Origin: a virus
Lineage: Duplodnaviria > Caudoviricetes
Virus record (IMG/VR): IMGVR_UViG_3300021092_000047
Span: 1-59,539 of that record
Length of the DNA: 59,539 nucleotides
Direction: 5' to 3' (one strand)
Part shown: positions 9,229 through 18,629 of the stretch, one piece after another
Layout of the letters: every line of letters begins with the position of its first letter
Position numbering within the stretch: the stretch's first letter is position 1
Notes under the pieces: model-generated
Seen by the model: the letters and a program-made list of their open reading frames with translations, nothing else
Told to the model about the DNA's origin: nothing
Databases searched by the model: none
Position numbers and translations under genes: made by a program

Positions 9229-9562
9229 GGGTCGCTTCCTCCGTTTCGTCCTTGGAGATCCAGACCCAGGCACGTACCCAGGTTCCATCGTCAGTGACTG
9301 AAAGATCTGCTGACGTCAGCCGGTCGATTTCAATTTCAGTACTTCCGTATTTGTCTTGTGCTCGTTGTCGCAACACATCCAGTTCTTGTTGTAAATGTGA
9401 AGAGGCTTCAAGCAGGTGACACAAACAGCCACAAACTGCGCATTCTACGTCGGTATAAGGTTCGCCTAATTCCAAGCGTTCATGCAGGTCTTTGGCTTTT
9501 GGCAGTTCGTTATACGGCTTAATCGAAGGGCAGTTACTGCATTGCATCATTTGTAGTTGCAT
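9221..9562 (-). CDS. hypothetical Zn-ribbon protein
   Basis: CSNC...ECAVCGCLC; AAGGA RBS. Confidence 0.55.
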   Translation of the reverse strand: MQLQMMQCSNCPSIKPYNELPKAKDLHERLELGEPYTDVECAVCGCLCHLLEASSHLQQELDVLRQRAQDKYGSTEIEIDRLTSADLSVTDDGTWVRAWVWISKDETEEATRG

Positions 9563-9773
9563 AACGTATCCTTGTAGCTGTCGCGGGCCGCCTGGATGTC
9601 GTCCCAGGGCGGCCACGGCGGGTTATGGTTCCATTCGCGGGCGAGTCGACGAGCTTCCCCCCGGGAGCCAACGTCAGTGCGACGTTGGCTTCCCAGGGGT
9701 CGGCGTAGCGGTCGACCACGTAGTGCCAGCGGTGACCGTCGCGGTCACCGTCGCTTTCGTGGTAAAAACGCAT
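9534..9773 (-). CDS. hypothetical protein
   Basis: GC-rich ORF packed between neighbours. Confidence 0.4.
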   Translation of the reverse strand: MRFYHESDGDRDGHRWHYVVDRYADPWEANVALTLAPGGKLVDSPANGTITRRGRPGTTSRRPATATRIRYATTNDAMQ

Positions 9774-9777
9774 CGAA

Positions 9778-10047
9778 TTACGTTCGGAAATAAACGTCCT
9801 CCGGTGCAGGTTTCTCTGTAACAAAATACCCCATTCGATTTACGAAGTGGTATCCGCTACTGATGACCAAGCGGCCATCGCAATCTAACAACGTCCAGAC
9901 TGAATTATCAGAAACTTTAGTTTTGACAAAATCGAGTTCTGGTCCGTAGGTTTCAAACATGCAACCATCAAAACTGGCGTTGAACGCCAGATGGTTTTTA
10001 ATCGGCTTGTACTTTTCCCAAAAAGTATTCGCCATGATTCTAGGCAT
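9778..10047 (-). CDS. hypothetical phage protein
   Basis: GGAGG RBS; FETYGPELDFV...WT...SGYHFVNRMGY pattern seen in small phage proteins. Confidence 0.65.
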   Translation of the reverse strand: MPRIMANTFWEKYKPIKNHLAFNASFDGCMFETYGPELDFVKTKVSDNSVWTLLDCDGRLVISSGYHFVNRMGYFVTEKPAPEDVYFRT

Positions 10048-10285
10048 TGTTGTCCTCCTTTAACCAAACAGGCGATTTGTCCTTTTCAGGTGTCATGATG
10101 CAACTGTCGCCGTAACAAATTCCCGGCAGGAAATAAGGACAAGGTTTGCCCTCAATTGCCTGGGCAGGCGGACCCATCATGGACACGTTTCGGTGTCCCG
10201 AAGGTGCCTGCGCCGTAAAGCGCAGGCACGCATCGCGATTAGGACAGCTTTCACCAGTGCATCGTGTGATGTCGGCTAATGGCAC
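10040..10285 (-). CDS. small Cys-rich phage protein
   Basis: ADITRCTGESCPNRDACLRF; AGGAG RBS with GTG start. Confidence 0.6.
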   Translation of the reverse strand: MPLADITRCTGESCPNRDACLRFTAQAPSGHRNVSMMGPPAQAIEGKPCPYFLPGICYGDSCIMTPEKDKSPVWLKEDNNA

Positions 10286-10294
10286 GAAATGCTC

Positions 10295-10861
10295 CTAGAG
10301 TTCGTCAACTTTTTTAATAACACGCTTTGCAGCCACAACCTTGGTTGGGCTGCTGCGCTCCAAGTTTGACACGACGACAGTATTGCCTGCCCGTGCGGCT
10401 TTAGGCGTAACTGCGCGGAACTTTTCTTTCGCGTCTTCCTCGCACTTATTGTACAAGGCCACAAGCGTTGAATCGCTGGTCTCGAGAACTTTATCCGCTC
10501 CAAGCTGAATAATCGCTCCCAAAGCGCCGTTGACGTTCATCATGGTCTCTAACCATGCTGTGCCCGGCTTTACGCCATCCTTCTTCGCTGCTTTGGGGTT
10601 CGATTTGCTTTCAGCGTCATACTCCTTGTTAAGCGTTGAGGCATAGCTCAACAACAAAGGCTTGAGGAACTTGTCCATGTAAAAGTTTGGACTTTGAGTA
10701 GTATCGACGCCCCGACTCAGCGAACCGTCTAGGTGAATCACGACATCAAAATCATGATTGCCTGGGGTCACTTTTTCGCCGCCGTCCGTGCAGCGTTTCA
10801 GCTCTTTCTCAGCAGTCTTCAGCAGTGCAGTAGCTTCAATAACATTCAATGGCTTACTCAT
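10295..10861 (-). CDS. hypothetical protein
   Basis: Long ORF within a coupled operon. Confidence 0.65.
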   Translation of the reverse strand: MSKPLNVIEATALLKTAEKELKRCTDGGEKVTPGNHDFDVVIHLDGSLSRGVDTTQSPNFYMDKFLKPLLLSYASTLNKEYDAESKSNPKAAKKDGVKPGTAWLETMMNVNGALGAIIQLGADKVLETSDSTLVALYNKCEEDAKEKFRAVTPKAARAGNTVVVSNLERSSPTKVVAAKRVIKKVDEL

Positions 10862-11177
10862 TGGGCACATTTCCTTCAATTCTGGAATTTACAAGCTCAA
10901 TCTCGGCGGCAATCGCATCGGCGCGCCGCCAAAACGGCCCCAACGTGGGGCCGTTAAAAATACGAGCCTGCCAGCGACAAGGCCAGCGGCGAGTGAACCC
11001 TGCTAATGCAGAGTCGTCAGACACGCGTCGCCTGATCCAGTGGAACCAGCAACGCAACAACGGATTAACCGGCTCGACATGACTGACTCGATGCCGGTTA
11101 CTCAACCCAAGGAGCTGAGTAACCGGACTTTCGAGACCAATCATGTTGCCGTCGGTGTCAATGAACACTTTTGGCAT
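10854..11177 (-). CDS. hypothetical protein
   Basis: TAATG coupling to upstream gene; RVSHVEP motif. Confidence 0.6.
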   Translation of the reverse strand: MPKVFIDTDGNMIGLESPVTQLLGLSNRHRVSHVEPVNPLLRCWFHWIRRRVSDDSALAGFTRRWPCRWQARIFNGPTLGPFWRRADAIAAEIELVNSRIEGNVPNE

Positions 11178-12442
11178 TACTCAGAGGCTCCACCAACCTT
11201 GATCTTGCGACGAGGGCCTTTTCCTTGCTCTCGGATTTCCATCTCCGTGCTGGTCAACTTGTCCAAAAAGCTTTGGAACGAAGCTTTGGCTTGCTGTCTC
11301 GCAAAGCCGCTGTTGCGCAGCTGCTTTGTGATTTCAGCAGCAGAGCCGCCCATGTTGCCAAGCGTAGATGATACTTCTTCAGCCAGCTTAGTCAGACTGT
11401 CTGAGCCAGTAGCCGAACCTAGCATGCTTTTCACGGACTGAATCTTGTTTGCCAACCAGATGAGGTTGTCAAACGAAGACTGAGTTAGCACTCTGGACTC
11501 GTCGGTTTCGTAAGGCTTGAGTGCGTTGTATTCTTCCTGAGTCAGCAGAATGTCTTCTGCCTTGCCAGTCTGAATGAACTTGCTCGCATCGCTGTCTTTT
11601 GGCTGTGCTCGCTGCACAGTTATCAACAACTTATCCGCAGGAATCGAATCCGGATCATCAGCATGACGCAGGATTTGCTGAACCTCAGCATGCCGAAGAT
11701 CTTGCTGAGGATGACCTAGTGATGGCAACAAGCGAACACGTTTTCCACAATTTTGTGCAACGCTTTTCACCATCTCTTGGAATTCCCACACAAGCTCTCC
11801 AACGGCACCGTCAACAGACGCAGCCAAGCGAGCTTCGGCCTGCTCTCGCAGCATCTTTGCTGTCGCCGGAGCCACGTCTGCCAGTGTGAAACTGGCGTTG
11901 AATGGCTCGATACGCGGCAAGTCACAGCTAACAGCATCGGCCATTTGGAAAGATGTAGGATACTTGGGTTCCACAACTTTCCAGTCAGAACCAAGCGCGG
12001 CTTGGTCAGCATCTTTGATTCGCTGATAGTTTGAAAACTCAGCAACTTGTTTGCCCCAGTTGAGATAGTGTTCACGCACGTCATTAAAACGCGCAATGAA
12101 CTCTTCAACCTTGCAAGCCTCGATCAAGTAGCTACCTGCTACCTTTTCTGACTTGAAGTTGCTTTCTTCTGATTTGTTAGCGGTCGCTACCAGAGTGTAT
12201 TCTGGAATAGTGTACTGGTTGCGAATCGTTGTCAGCAACCGTTTGAGAGCAGCGCCCTGCTGGATGAGCGGATCTCGACTTGCGCCAAGAATGGCGTACG
12301 AGCCGCGAATCACTCGTTTATCAATGTTAAGTTGATTCGCAAGTGCGCTTTTTGCTGCATCCGTGAAACCGATTGCGCCCGGGAGCCAACCGATTTGAAA
12401 CTTAACGGTGCAGTAAGTGATTTGTTTTGTGTCTTCACTCAT
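11177..12442 (-). CDS. coiled-coil protein, DUF3150-like position in AAA module
   Basis: 421 aa, helical, AAGGA RBS; family assignment from context only. Confidence 0.5.
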   Translation of the reverse strand: MSEDTKQITYCTVKFQIGWLPGAIGFTDAAKSALANQLNIDKRVIRGSYAILGASRDPLIQQGAALKRLLTTIRNQYTIPEYTLVATANKSEESNFKSEKVAGSYLIEACKVEEFIARFNDVREHYLNWGKQVAEFSNYQRIKDADQAALGSDWKVVEPKYPTSFQMADAVSCDLPRIEPFNASFTLADVAPATAKMLREQAEARLAASVDGAVGELVWEFQEMVKSVAQNCGKRVRLLPSLGHPQQDLRHAEVQQILRHADDPDSIPADKLLITVQRAQPKDSDASKFIQTGKAEDILLTQEEYNALKPYETDESRVLTQSSFDNLIWLANKIQSVKSMLGSATGSDSLTKLAEEVSSTLGNMGGSAAEITKQLRNSGFARQQAKASFQSFLDKLTSTEMEIREQGKGPRRKIKVGGASE

Positions 12443-12725
12443 GGTTTGAATTTTTCCTTGTTAAATGTGATACAGCAATTTCTTGCGCTTGACGATACTC
12501 CGCAAGATGAGTTTGGTTTTGCTTTTCAAGTTTAGCCATGACTATCAAGGCTTGATCAAAAGAAGACAACTGAATAGTTTCCAAATACTTCCAGTAGTCT
12601 GAATCAACCCAGCGGTCACGCGAACCCAGCGTTACCTGGGTCGCGTGACCGTTGGAGTTGCAATTGTAGAACACCTTGTACACATCGTACGTGTTCTGGT
12701 CTCTATGTATCAGCAGATTAGCCAT
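12435..12725 (-). CDS. hypothetical protein
   Basis: ORF overlapping both neighbours. Confidence 0.55.
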   Translation of the reverse strand: MANLLIHRDQNTYDVYKVFYNCNSNGHATQVTLGSRDRWVDSDYWKYLETIQLSSFDQALIVMAKLEKQNQTHLAEYRQAQEIAVSHLTRKNSNHE

Positions 12726-14583
12726 CTAAGCCGTCTACGCCTTTCTTAACTTTACGCGTGACCTTTTTGGTGTCTGTCATTGACACACTGGTCAGCTTGT
12801 TTTTGGGGTGCTTGTAACGCTCACCAGTTTCAGCACAAATGCAGCCCGCAGCTTCAGCCCAATTCATCAGATCGTCCATTTGACGCTGATTTTTTTCGTA
12901 CGATGGTGTGATCCATCGCGATGCAGCTTTCAGGCACACACCCTGAAGCTCTGCCAAACGGCAGCAGCTCATAATGTCGGCAGGAGTCCAGAAGTTGTCC
13001 GCTGGGATGTCAAAATCCGCGATCTCATGTCGCTTCATGTACATCTTCCATGCAGCATCCTTAGCCTCGCGACCCGGGAAACCAACAAACATCAAAGCGT
13101 CAACACGACCAGAACGAGTGATCTCGTCGGGCAGGTTGGCAATGTTGTTTGCAGCTGACAGTACGAGGTTACTCTGCTGATTGTTGAACCAGGTCAACAA
13201 GGTGCCTAGCAAACGGTTCTCGACGCCGCCTGACTCGCTACCGGATCCGCCTTGCGGCAGGAAGCGTTGAAACTCGTCGATGGCAAGAATGCCACCGATC
13301 ATTTCAGCAGTGCTGAGCATACGAGCAAGAATCTTGTCCGTATCGCCCAGCCACTTCGAGTAGAGGTTGCTGGCTTGCATGCTACTGAGCGGCGTGTTGA
13401 ACTCGCCAGAGCAGCATTGCATAGTGAAAGACTTACCGGTGCCAGGCACGCCCAGCATCAGCACGTGTTTCATCTTGGAACGTTGCGGTACATTTGGACG
13501 CATACCGTTTCGCAGAAAGGTTTTAAGCCCTTCCAAACCTACAACCGACTTGAACGAGTAAAAATCTCGCTCAGGTCGATATTGACTTTCAAAATCGACC
13601 TGCGGCATAGGATCCAGCCAGCGCTCTACGGACTTACCGCCATTGTCAATGTAGCGCAACCTGGCTCGAACAAACCCAGAGTCAAGCTGCGAATTAACCG
13701 CGTGGTTTTCTTCCTGCAGCAGCGTTACGTCAGTCGCGTTTTGCAAGTCTTCAACTTTAGGTGTAGGCCAGAGCTTAATCTGGCTTACGAACTCTGGCGA
13801 CCAGACGTCCAGCTTGCTGGCCCGGCTCAGGTGCATCGCTTTTTTCTGGAATACCGCCATCGGTCGAACTGCACCGTATGTTGCCATGGTCTCAGCAACA
13901 TACTGGGCAGTCTTGGCCCGGGACAAACCAGCTGTTGCGCTCATCAAAGCAGGCGTGATGACATTGTAAGGGCTGTCAATCAACTCCGAAATGATGCTTG
14001 TCCTCTCTTCGGTGTTGGGAAGGTCGTGACGAACATATTCGCAATGCTCATTAAGTTCGAGCGGAAGCTCAAAATCTGGCGTAGTCTGCATAATCAAAAA
14101 CACGTTGGTTGCCTGACCTTCCAGGATCACCTTCTGAACCAAGGTTAGCAAAAGATAATCCACAGGACCTTGCGAACCTTGCGGACACAACATGCGATCG
14201 AAGTTTCGGACAACCAAGATTCGCATGCTTTTGTCTGCCTCAGTATCTTCATTTGCAGCTTCGCGATACTGCCGACCACGGCAAGTATCCAGCACAGCTT
14301 CAAGAGTGCTGTGCAGGTTCATTTTTTGCGGCTTTTCATTTAGACCCAACGCCGCCATATCGTCATCAGAAGCGTCTTCTTTTGACAACGTTACTCGACT
14401 CCCGTAGGAATCAGTTAGACCGTCAGCTGCATCCCAAAAGTAAATCTCGATGGGATCGTCGGTCGCGAGAGACGAGCGAGCCATATCCGCAAGTTCTCTC
14501 AGACATTCCTCGGGCTCAACAGAAGTCAGAACCAAACCGGCCTGGCCGGAAGCAAGATACGACCTAATTTTTGATAGAATCAC
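12718..14583 (-). CDS. AAA+ ATPase, Ycf46-like
   Basis: Walker A GVPGTGKS, Walker B ILAIDE, second region of homology AANNIANLPDEITRSGRVD; degenerate N-terminal ATPase-like domain. Confidence 0.85.
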   Translation of the reverse strand: MILSKIRSYLASGQAGLVLTSVEPEECLRELADMARSSLATDDPIEIYFWDAADGLTDSYGSRVTLSKEDASDDDMAALGLNEKPQKMNLHSTLEAVLDTCRGRQYREAANEDTEADKSMRILVVRNFDRMLCPQGSQGPVDYLLLTLVQKVILEGQATNVFLIMQTTPDFELPLELNEHCEYVRHDLPNTEERTSIISELIDSPYNVITPALMSATAGLSRAKTAQYVAETMATYGAVRPMAVFQKKAMHLSRASKLDVWSPEFVSQIKLWPTPKVEDLQNATDVTLLQEENHAVNSQLDSGFVRARLRYIDNGGKSVERWLDPMPQVDFESQYRPERDFYSFKSVVGLEGLKTFLRNGMRPNVPQRSKMKHVLMLGVPGTGKSFTMQCCSGEFNTPLSSMQASNLYSKWLGDTDKILARMLSTAEMIGGILAIDEFQRFLPQGGSGSESGGVENRLLGTLLTWFNNQQSNLVLSAANNIANLPDEITRSGRVDALMFVGFPGREAKDAAWKMYMKRHEIADFDIPADNFWTPADIMSCCRLAELQGVCLKAASRWITPSYEKNQRQMDDLMNWAEAAGCICAETGERYKHPKNKLTSVSMTDTKKVTRKVKKGVDGLDG

Positions 14584-14610
14584 TGTGCATTCCCTTTCAT
14601 AAAGAACTCA

Positions 14611-14808
14611 TTACTCGTGTTCAGCAATGCGCACTTGCACGTCTGCTTGGTAAAACTCAGGCTTTTTCTGGTCTGAGTCTGGTTTGGCACCAATCAAGGC
14701 CTTGGTCAAAGGCTCGGTGGCTTTGGTGCAAGTGCCACCTTTGTAGCCGTGGGCTTCAACTTGCGTCTTACCCTCGGTGTCAATTGTGATTGTGATTTTT
14801 CGGTCCAC
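14611..14808 (-). CDS. DUF2997 family protein
   Basis: ITITIDTEGKTQVEAHGYKGGTCTKAT...KKPEFYQ; AGGAGG RBS with GTG start. Confidence 0.75.
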   Translation of the reverse strand: MDRKITITIDTEGKTQVEAHGYKGGTCTKATEPLTKALIGAKPDSDQKKPEFYQADVQVRIAEHE

Positions 14809-14818
14809 AAAAACCCTC

Positions 14819-15940
14819 CTAAAAGGCATATCGAATTGTGCAGTACGGAATGTGTCGGCTCATGATTTGACATAGTTCCTCAATTCCAGAGCGCTTGTAA
14901 TTGTTCTTGTAGCGCAGATTGACCATCCCATTTTGAGATAGTTTTCTTTGCTGGATGACTTCGTGACCAAAGCGATTGTGGTCCTTGTCTGATTCCTTTT
15001 CCCAGTGTCGCCAGAGATACTGTTCTTCTGCTTGCGGATGCCACTGCATATTGATTTTATGCAGCGACTCGTTGTGCGTTAGAAAGATTACCTCAGCTTT
15101 GAGTTGCTGCTTGGCTTTGTCTGACAACACGTTGTCGATTTGCAGGCACAGGTCCGCGTAATCCGTTTCCCACCCGTCGTAAATGATTACAGGCGAAAGG
15201 TTTACGTGAACTTCGTAACCTGCGTCTACAAAGTCGTTGATAGCGGCAATACGCTCTGGAATTGGCGAAGTACGTACGTCTACAACGCGAGCCACATGCT
15301 CAGGCATCAGTGAAAACCGGATTCGAGTTTTACCTTGCGGATCGTAGTTTAGAAGTTCGCGATTCACGAACTTCGTAGCAAACGACGCTTTGGCATTAGG
15401 AATCCGTCGAAACAAATGAACTAGGTCTTTGACGTTGTCAGAAACAACAGCATCGACGCTACAGTCATTGTTCTCACCAATGTCCCAAGTCCAGTAAACC
15501 GGATCGGTTTGTTCATTTTCCGTCGTTATGACTTTCGGTCCTAACTTTGCGCATTTACGCTCAATGTGTGCAAGCATCTTGTCAATGTTTGCAAACACAG
15601 TGATAGGATTTGCGTATCCTTTACGTCTTGCGACGTAACAGTAGGCACAGGCCATCGTACAGCCAGAAGAATGACTCGGAGCTATCCAGTCCGTGCTACG
15701 GGAGTTTGGTCTTGATGCGATCGACGACTTTACTCCCAACACGAGGAAATGGCTTTTAACCTGGTTCCACTGAGAAACCATTTCTGGATTCTTGTTTAGC
15801 TCTTCAATTTTCCAGTGAGAGTCGACTTCAACCTTTGTCGCATCAGGATATCGATCAAAGACTTCACGGCCGCGCGAGAATTTTAGCGCGGCCGGGTCGT
15901 AGTAGAGCGTATTGATACGCAACAAATCATCTAGTCTCAT
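14819..15940 (-). CDS. spore photoproduct lyase family radical SAM protein (SplB-like)
   Basis: CxxxCxxC (GCTMACAYCY), WDIGENND, ASFATKFVN, RIRFSLMP, GYEVHVNLSPV. Confidence 0.85.
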   Translation of the reverse strand: MRLDDLLRINTLYYDPAALKFSRGREVFDRYPDATKVEVDSHWKIEELNKNPEMVSQWNQVKSHFLVLGVKSSIASRPNSRSTDWIAPSHSSGCTMACAYCYVARRKGYANPITVFANIDKMLAHIERKCAKLGPKVITTENEQTDPVYWTWDIGENNDCSVDAVVSDNVKDLVHLFRRIPNAKASFATKFVNRELLNYDPQGKTRIRFSLMPEHVARVVDVRTSPIPERIAAINDFVDAGYEVHVNLSPVIIYDGWETDYADLCLQIDNVLSDKAKQQLKAEVIFLTHNESLHKINMQWHPQAEEQYLWRHWEKESDKDHNRFGHEVIQQRKLSQNGMVNLRYKNNYKRSGIEELCQIMSRHIPYCTIRYAF

Positions 15941-16644
15941 CAGGGATTCCTCGGGGTTACGTTAAGAACGATTCGACCGTCCGGTAATGTTGTTTTGGTA
16001 TACGAACCAAATTCTGGATTACCTGCTTCCATTTGTTTAACAATGGCACGCTCGGCCGCGCGTACGGCGTATGACTGCTTGAGCTCTCCTCCCCAAGTGT
16101 CTCCTCCGTTCTTTTGTTTGTGCTGGCCAACACCTCTCGCTTCCAGCAAGCCATTACCTTGCCTGTAGAAGTCTGTCATCATGACGTACTCGCCCTTGCG
16201 AATTGGGTGCGGCACCAGGCCAATCTCGTACGCGTCGCGGTTACCTTTGCCATCTTTGTATCGGATGACAAACTCAGCGTCTTTACCGACAACAGCCTTC
16301 GTTAGCTTGTCGTACGCCGCCGCAAAATCGGCGTCAGCTAGTAGCTTTTGCTGTTGCTTGAGATCCCAGGGCTTTTGTTCGAGTTCGATCAAATTTGCCG
16401 GAAGCTCAACGCCTCGAGCTTTAGCCTTTGCGTGAACGTCGACGCCTTGTTTCTTCAGTGCTGCCATCATCTTGACCTGATACAGGCCAGGCAACGGGTA
16501 GTCTCCAACCAAACCACCGTGGTCGGATATCCAGGTTCGGTAGGTGTTTTGCTTGACCAATTCAAGATCCGGACACTGGGCTTTGACAGTCAACGCCAGT
16601 GCCGCAATATCGGTAACACAAAAACCAGCTGCGATATGACTCAT
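15940..16644 (-). CDS. DUF1257/Ycf35-like protein
   Basis: MSH...TD..AL, YEIGLV, LKQSYA, C-terminal LPDGRIVL; AAGGAG RBS; context with DUF2997 and AAA. Confidence 0.65.
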   Translation of the reverse strand: MSHIAAGFCVTDIAALALTVKAQCPDLELVKQNTYRTWISDHGGLVGDYPLPGLYQVKMMAALKKQGVDVHAKAKARGVELPANLIELEQKPWDLKQQQKLLADADFAAAYDKLTKAVVGKDAEFVIRYKDGKGNRDAYEIGLVPHPIRKGEYVMMTDFYRQGNGLLEARGVGQHKQKNGGDTWGGELKQSYAVRAAERAIVKQMEAGNPEFGSYTKTTLPDGRIVLNVTPRNP

Positions 16645-16659
16645 CGCATTCTCCTTATC

Positions 16660-16693
16660 AAAAGAAAAAGGACCGGTGCTTTCGCACCGGTCC
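16660..16693 (-). terminator. intrinsic terminator-like hairpin
   Basis: GGACCGGUGC-GAAA-GCACCGGUCC followed by UUUUUCUUUU. Confidence 0.7.
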
Positions 16694-16749
16694 CTATAAA
16701 AACAAAATCACCATTTTTAGACTTCGTGGGTGGAAACCTTTCCTGAAAA

Positions 16750-17517
16750 TTACCGGGTTATTCCGGCCCGTTCGACTATGGACAGCAGCTGACGAACGGC
16801 TTCAACTGTGCTTCCGTTTTGCAACGGTAGCGCTTGGAGTTGCTGTGTCAACGCTGCAACATTTTCCAAATAGATTTGGCGCAACTCATCGGTTTTTGCT
16901 TGTTGCATAGCATAGATTGCAGCGTACATTTCCGGATCATCCGCATACTCAACACTCACTCGACTTGCTTGATCGCCGTCAAAGGCGAGTCGAAGTATAT
17001 CGAACGGCTTGAGAATGCCTTGCTCCCCGAGTACTTGTTTGATGTACTCGCGGATTTCGGCTGAAAACTCCGTGTCTTCAGTGTTATCATCCGGCGGCCA
17101 GAGCAGCATAGCTTCTGTGATAGCAATCAACATCTCTTCAGCATCTGCTGGCTCAAACTCATCTGGTTGGAAGTCGTCTCCGGCCAGGATATTACACAGC
17201 TCAATAAATCGTGTCACGTCTTTATAGAAGTAATTGCTCGTGACGATCGTAATAGCCGCGTAAATTTTGTCTATGGTTGCTTTTGGCAAGCGAAGCTGAA
17301 AGTCTTGCTCCAGTTCCATACGCAACGTTTCGGGAGCCCAATTAAGAGCCTCTGGCCCATAAAGGTCCATGACAAGTAAGAACAAAGGCGTAGCGTACGC
17401 ATCTTCAGATAAAAGTAGCGATCGCTGAACTGCTTTAGGTGCTGACGGATGGGTCAACTGGCTGGAGTTGGCCTTTTTCATCAACAAGTTGAGCATCCGA
17501 TTTGCTGCTTCGGTCAT
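16750..17517 (-). CDS. hypothetical protein
   Basis: Acidic helical 255-aa ORF; AGGGA RBS. Confidence 0.65.
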   Translation of the reverse strand: MTEAANRMLNLLMKKANSSQLTHPSAPKAVQRSLLLSEDAYATPLFLLVMDLYGPEALNWAPETLRMELEQDFQLRLPKATIDKIYAAITIVTSNYFYKDVTRFIELCNILAGDDFQPDEFEPADAEEMLIAITEAMLLWPPDDNTEDTEFSAEIREYIKQVLGEQGILKPFDILRLAFDGDQASRVSVEYADDPEMYAAIYAMQQAKTDELRQIYLENVAALTQQLQALPLQNGSTVEAVRQLLSIVERAGITR

Positions 17518-17902
17518 GGGCTGTTCCCTGACGATAGTGCATCCTAGCCCACAACGCAGTGACGTCACAGATGATATGAGTCACTGCTCGCTGCGGCAAT
17601 TCATCAACTTCATCAAGCGTAGTCACATCTAAAAACTTAGTTTGACCCGTGAAAGAAATCCAGCGGGAATCTGCTACGCCCAATGATGCAACCGGAACCT
17701 TGCCCGATTGTGCTAAACGGTCGAACTCGCAAATTACGGATTTTGCGAAGCTTAGTATACCATAAATTTGAGCATCCGAAAAAAGATTTAAATGCGTCAA
17801 CCATTCACCCAAATAAACTAGGAGGTCTAGGTCACAACCGACGGAACGTACCAAACGACGAACAGCCGCTTGGTCTAACAATACCAATCCACGATCGGTC
17901 AT
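17435..17902 (-). CDS. hypothetical protein
   Basis: ATGA coupling to upstream gene. Confidence 0.55.
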   Translation of the reverse strand: MTDRGLVLLDQAAVRRLVRSVGCDLDLLVYLGEWLTHLNLFSDAQIYGILSFAKSVICEFDRLAQSGKVPVASLGVADSRWISFTGQTKFLDVTTLDEVDELPQRAVTHIICDVTALWARMHYRQGTAHDRSSKSDAQLVDEKGQLQPVDPSVST

Positions 17903-18228
17903 TGCCGCGCTGTCACCTCATACCGAGCGCGATAAGCTGTCGGCTGCGCGCGCGGGTGTTGTGGAGGCAATGCGTTGCCTTCCTCATCTTTGAGGTTCTC
18001 AATCGTTTCGCCGTCTGAGTTAATCGGGTACGGTGGATCGACAGTCCGCGAAATGCCGGGGAGGCCTTTGATACCTTCTTTAACCGTTGCGGACAAGACG
18101 TCTTCTCTCGCTTTAGAGCTAGTTAGCTCCTCAATTTGCATAGAGAATTCTTTAAGGTCGCTCTCAATCGTAACCGCACCTCGGCTACCATCGCCAGGTA
18201 GCTCAACCTTAACTATTTTGATTGCCAT
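17899..18228 (-). CDS. hypothetical protein
   Basis: AAAGG RBS, 109 aa. Confidence 0.6.
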   Translation of the reverse strand: MAIKIVKVELPGDGSRGAVTIESDLKEFSMQIEELTSSKAREDVLSATVKEGIKGLPGISRTVDPPYPINSDGETIENLKDEEGNALPPQHPRAQPTAYRARYEVTARQ

Positions 18229-18326
18229 CTTTTACCTTTCAATAGCTAAAGAAAACCGGAAGGATATCAGAACAACTAAGAGAAAGAAAAGGTCACATTA
18301 CATGAACTTGCGAATTGATTCATAGT

Positions 18327-18383
18327 AACGAACGTCCTGGAACGAGTCAACCAAATAGATTGACTTGTTCCAGGACGTTCGTT
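18327..18383. repeat. 24-bp inverted repeat with 9-nt loop
   Basis: AACGAACGTCCTGGAACGAGTCAA / TTGACTTGTTCCAGGACGTTCGTT, one G-T pair; downstream of csrA. Confidence 0.8.
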
Positions 18384-18437
18384 CAAGAATCGCATCACAA
18401 GTCACGTAATGTGACCTGACCCTGCATTCAGGGCAGT

Positions 18438-18629
18438 TTAAGCGTCTTTCTTTGACGCTTGCAAAATTATTTCTTTCCGGAGCACGGAAACCCCCGGAGG
18501 GGCTTCGAAGGCAAGCTGAATTTGCTTGCCTTTAATCTTCAGTACTTTTACAAGTACTGAAGATTTTAAAGTTTGAGGCAGGCCGGAGATTACGACCTCC
18601 TCGCCTGCTTTGCGACTGAGGACTAGCAT
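18438..18629 (-). CDS. csrA: carbon storage regulator CsrA/RsmA-like RNA-binding protein
   Basis: MLVLSRKAGEEVVI...VKVLKIKGKQIQLAFEAPPGVSVLRKEI matches the CsrA fold; GGAGG RBS. Confidence 0.85.
   Translation of the reverse strand: MLVLSRKAGEEVVISGLPQTLKSSVLVKVLKIKGKQIQLAFEAPPGVSVLRKEIILQASKKDA

Noticed and set aside
13252-14148. 298-aa plus-strand ORF
   Set aside because: Antisense to the well-supported AAA ATPase, no recognisable motifs
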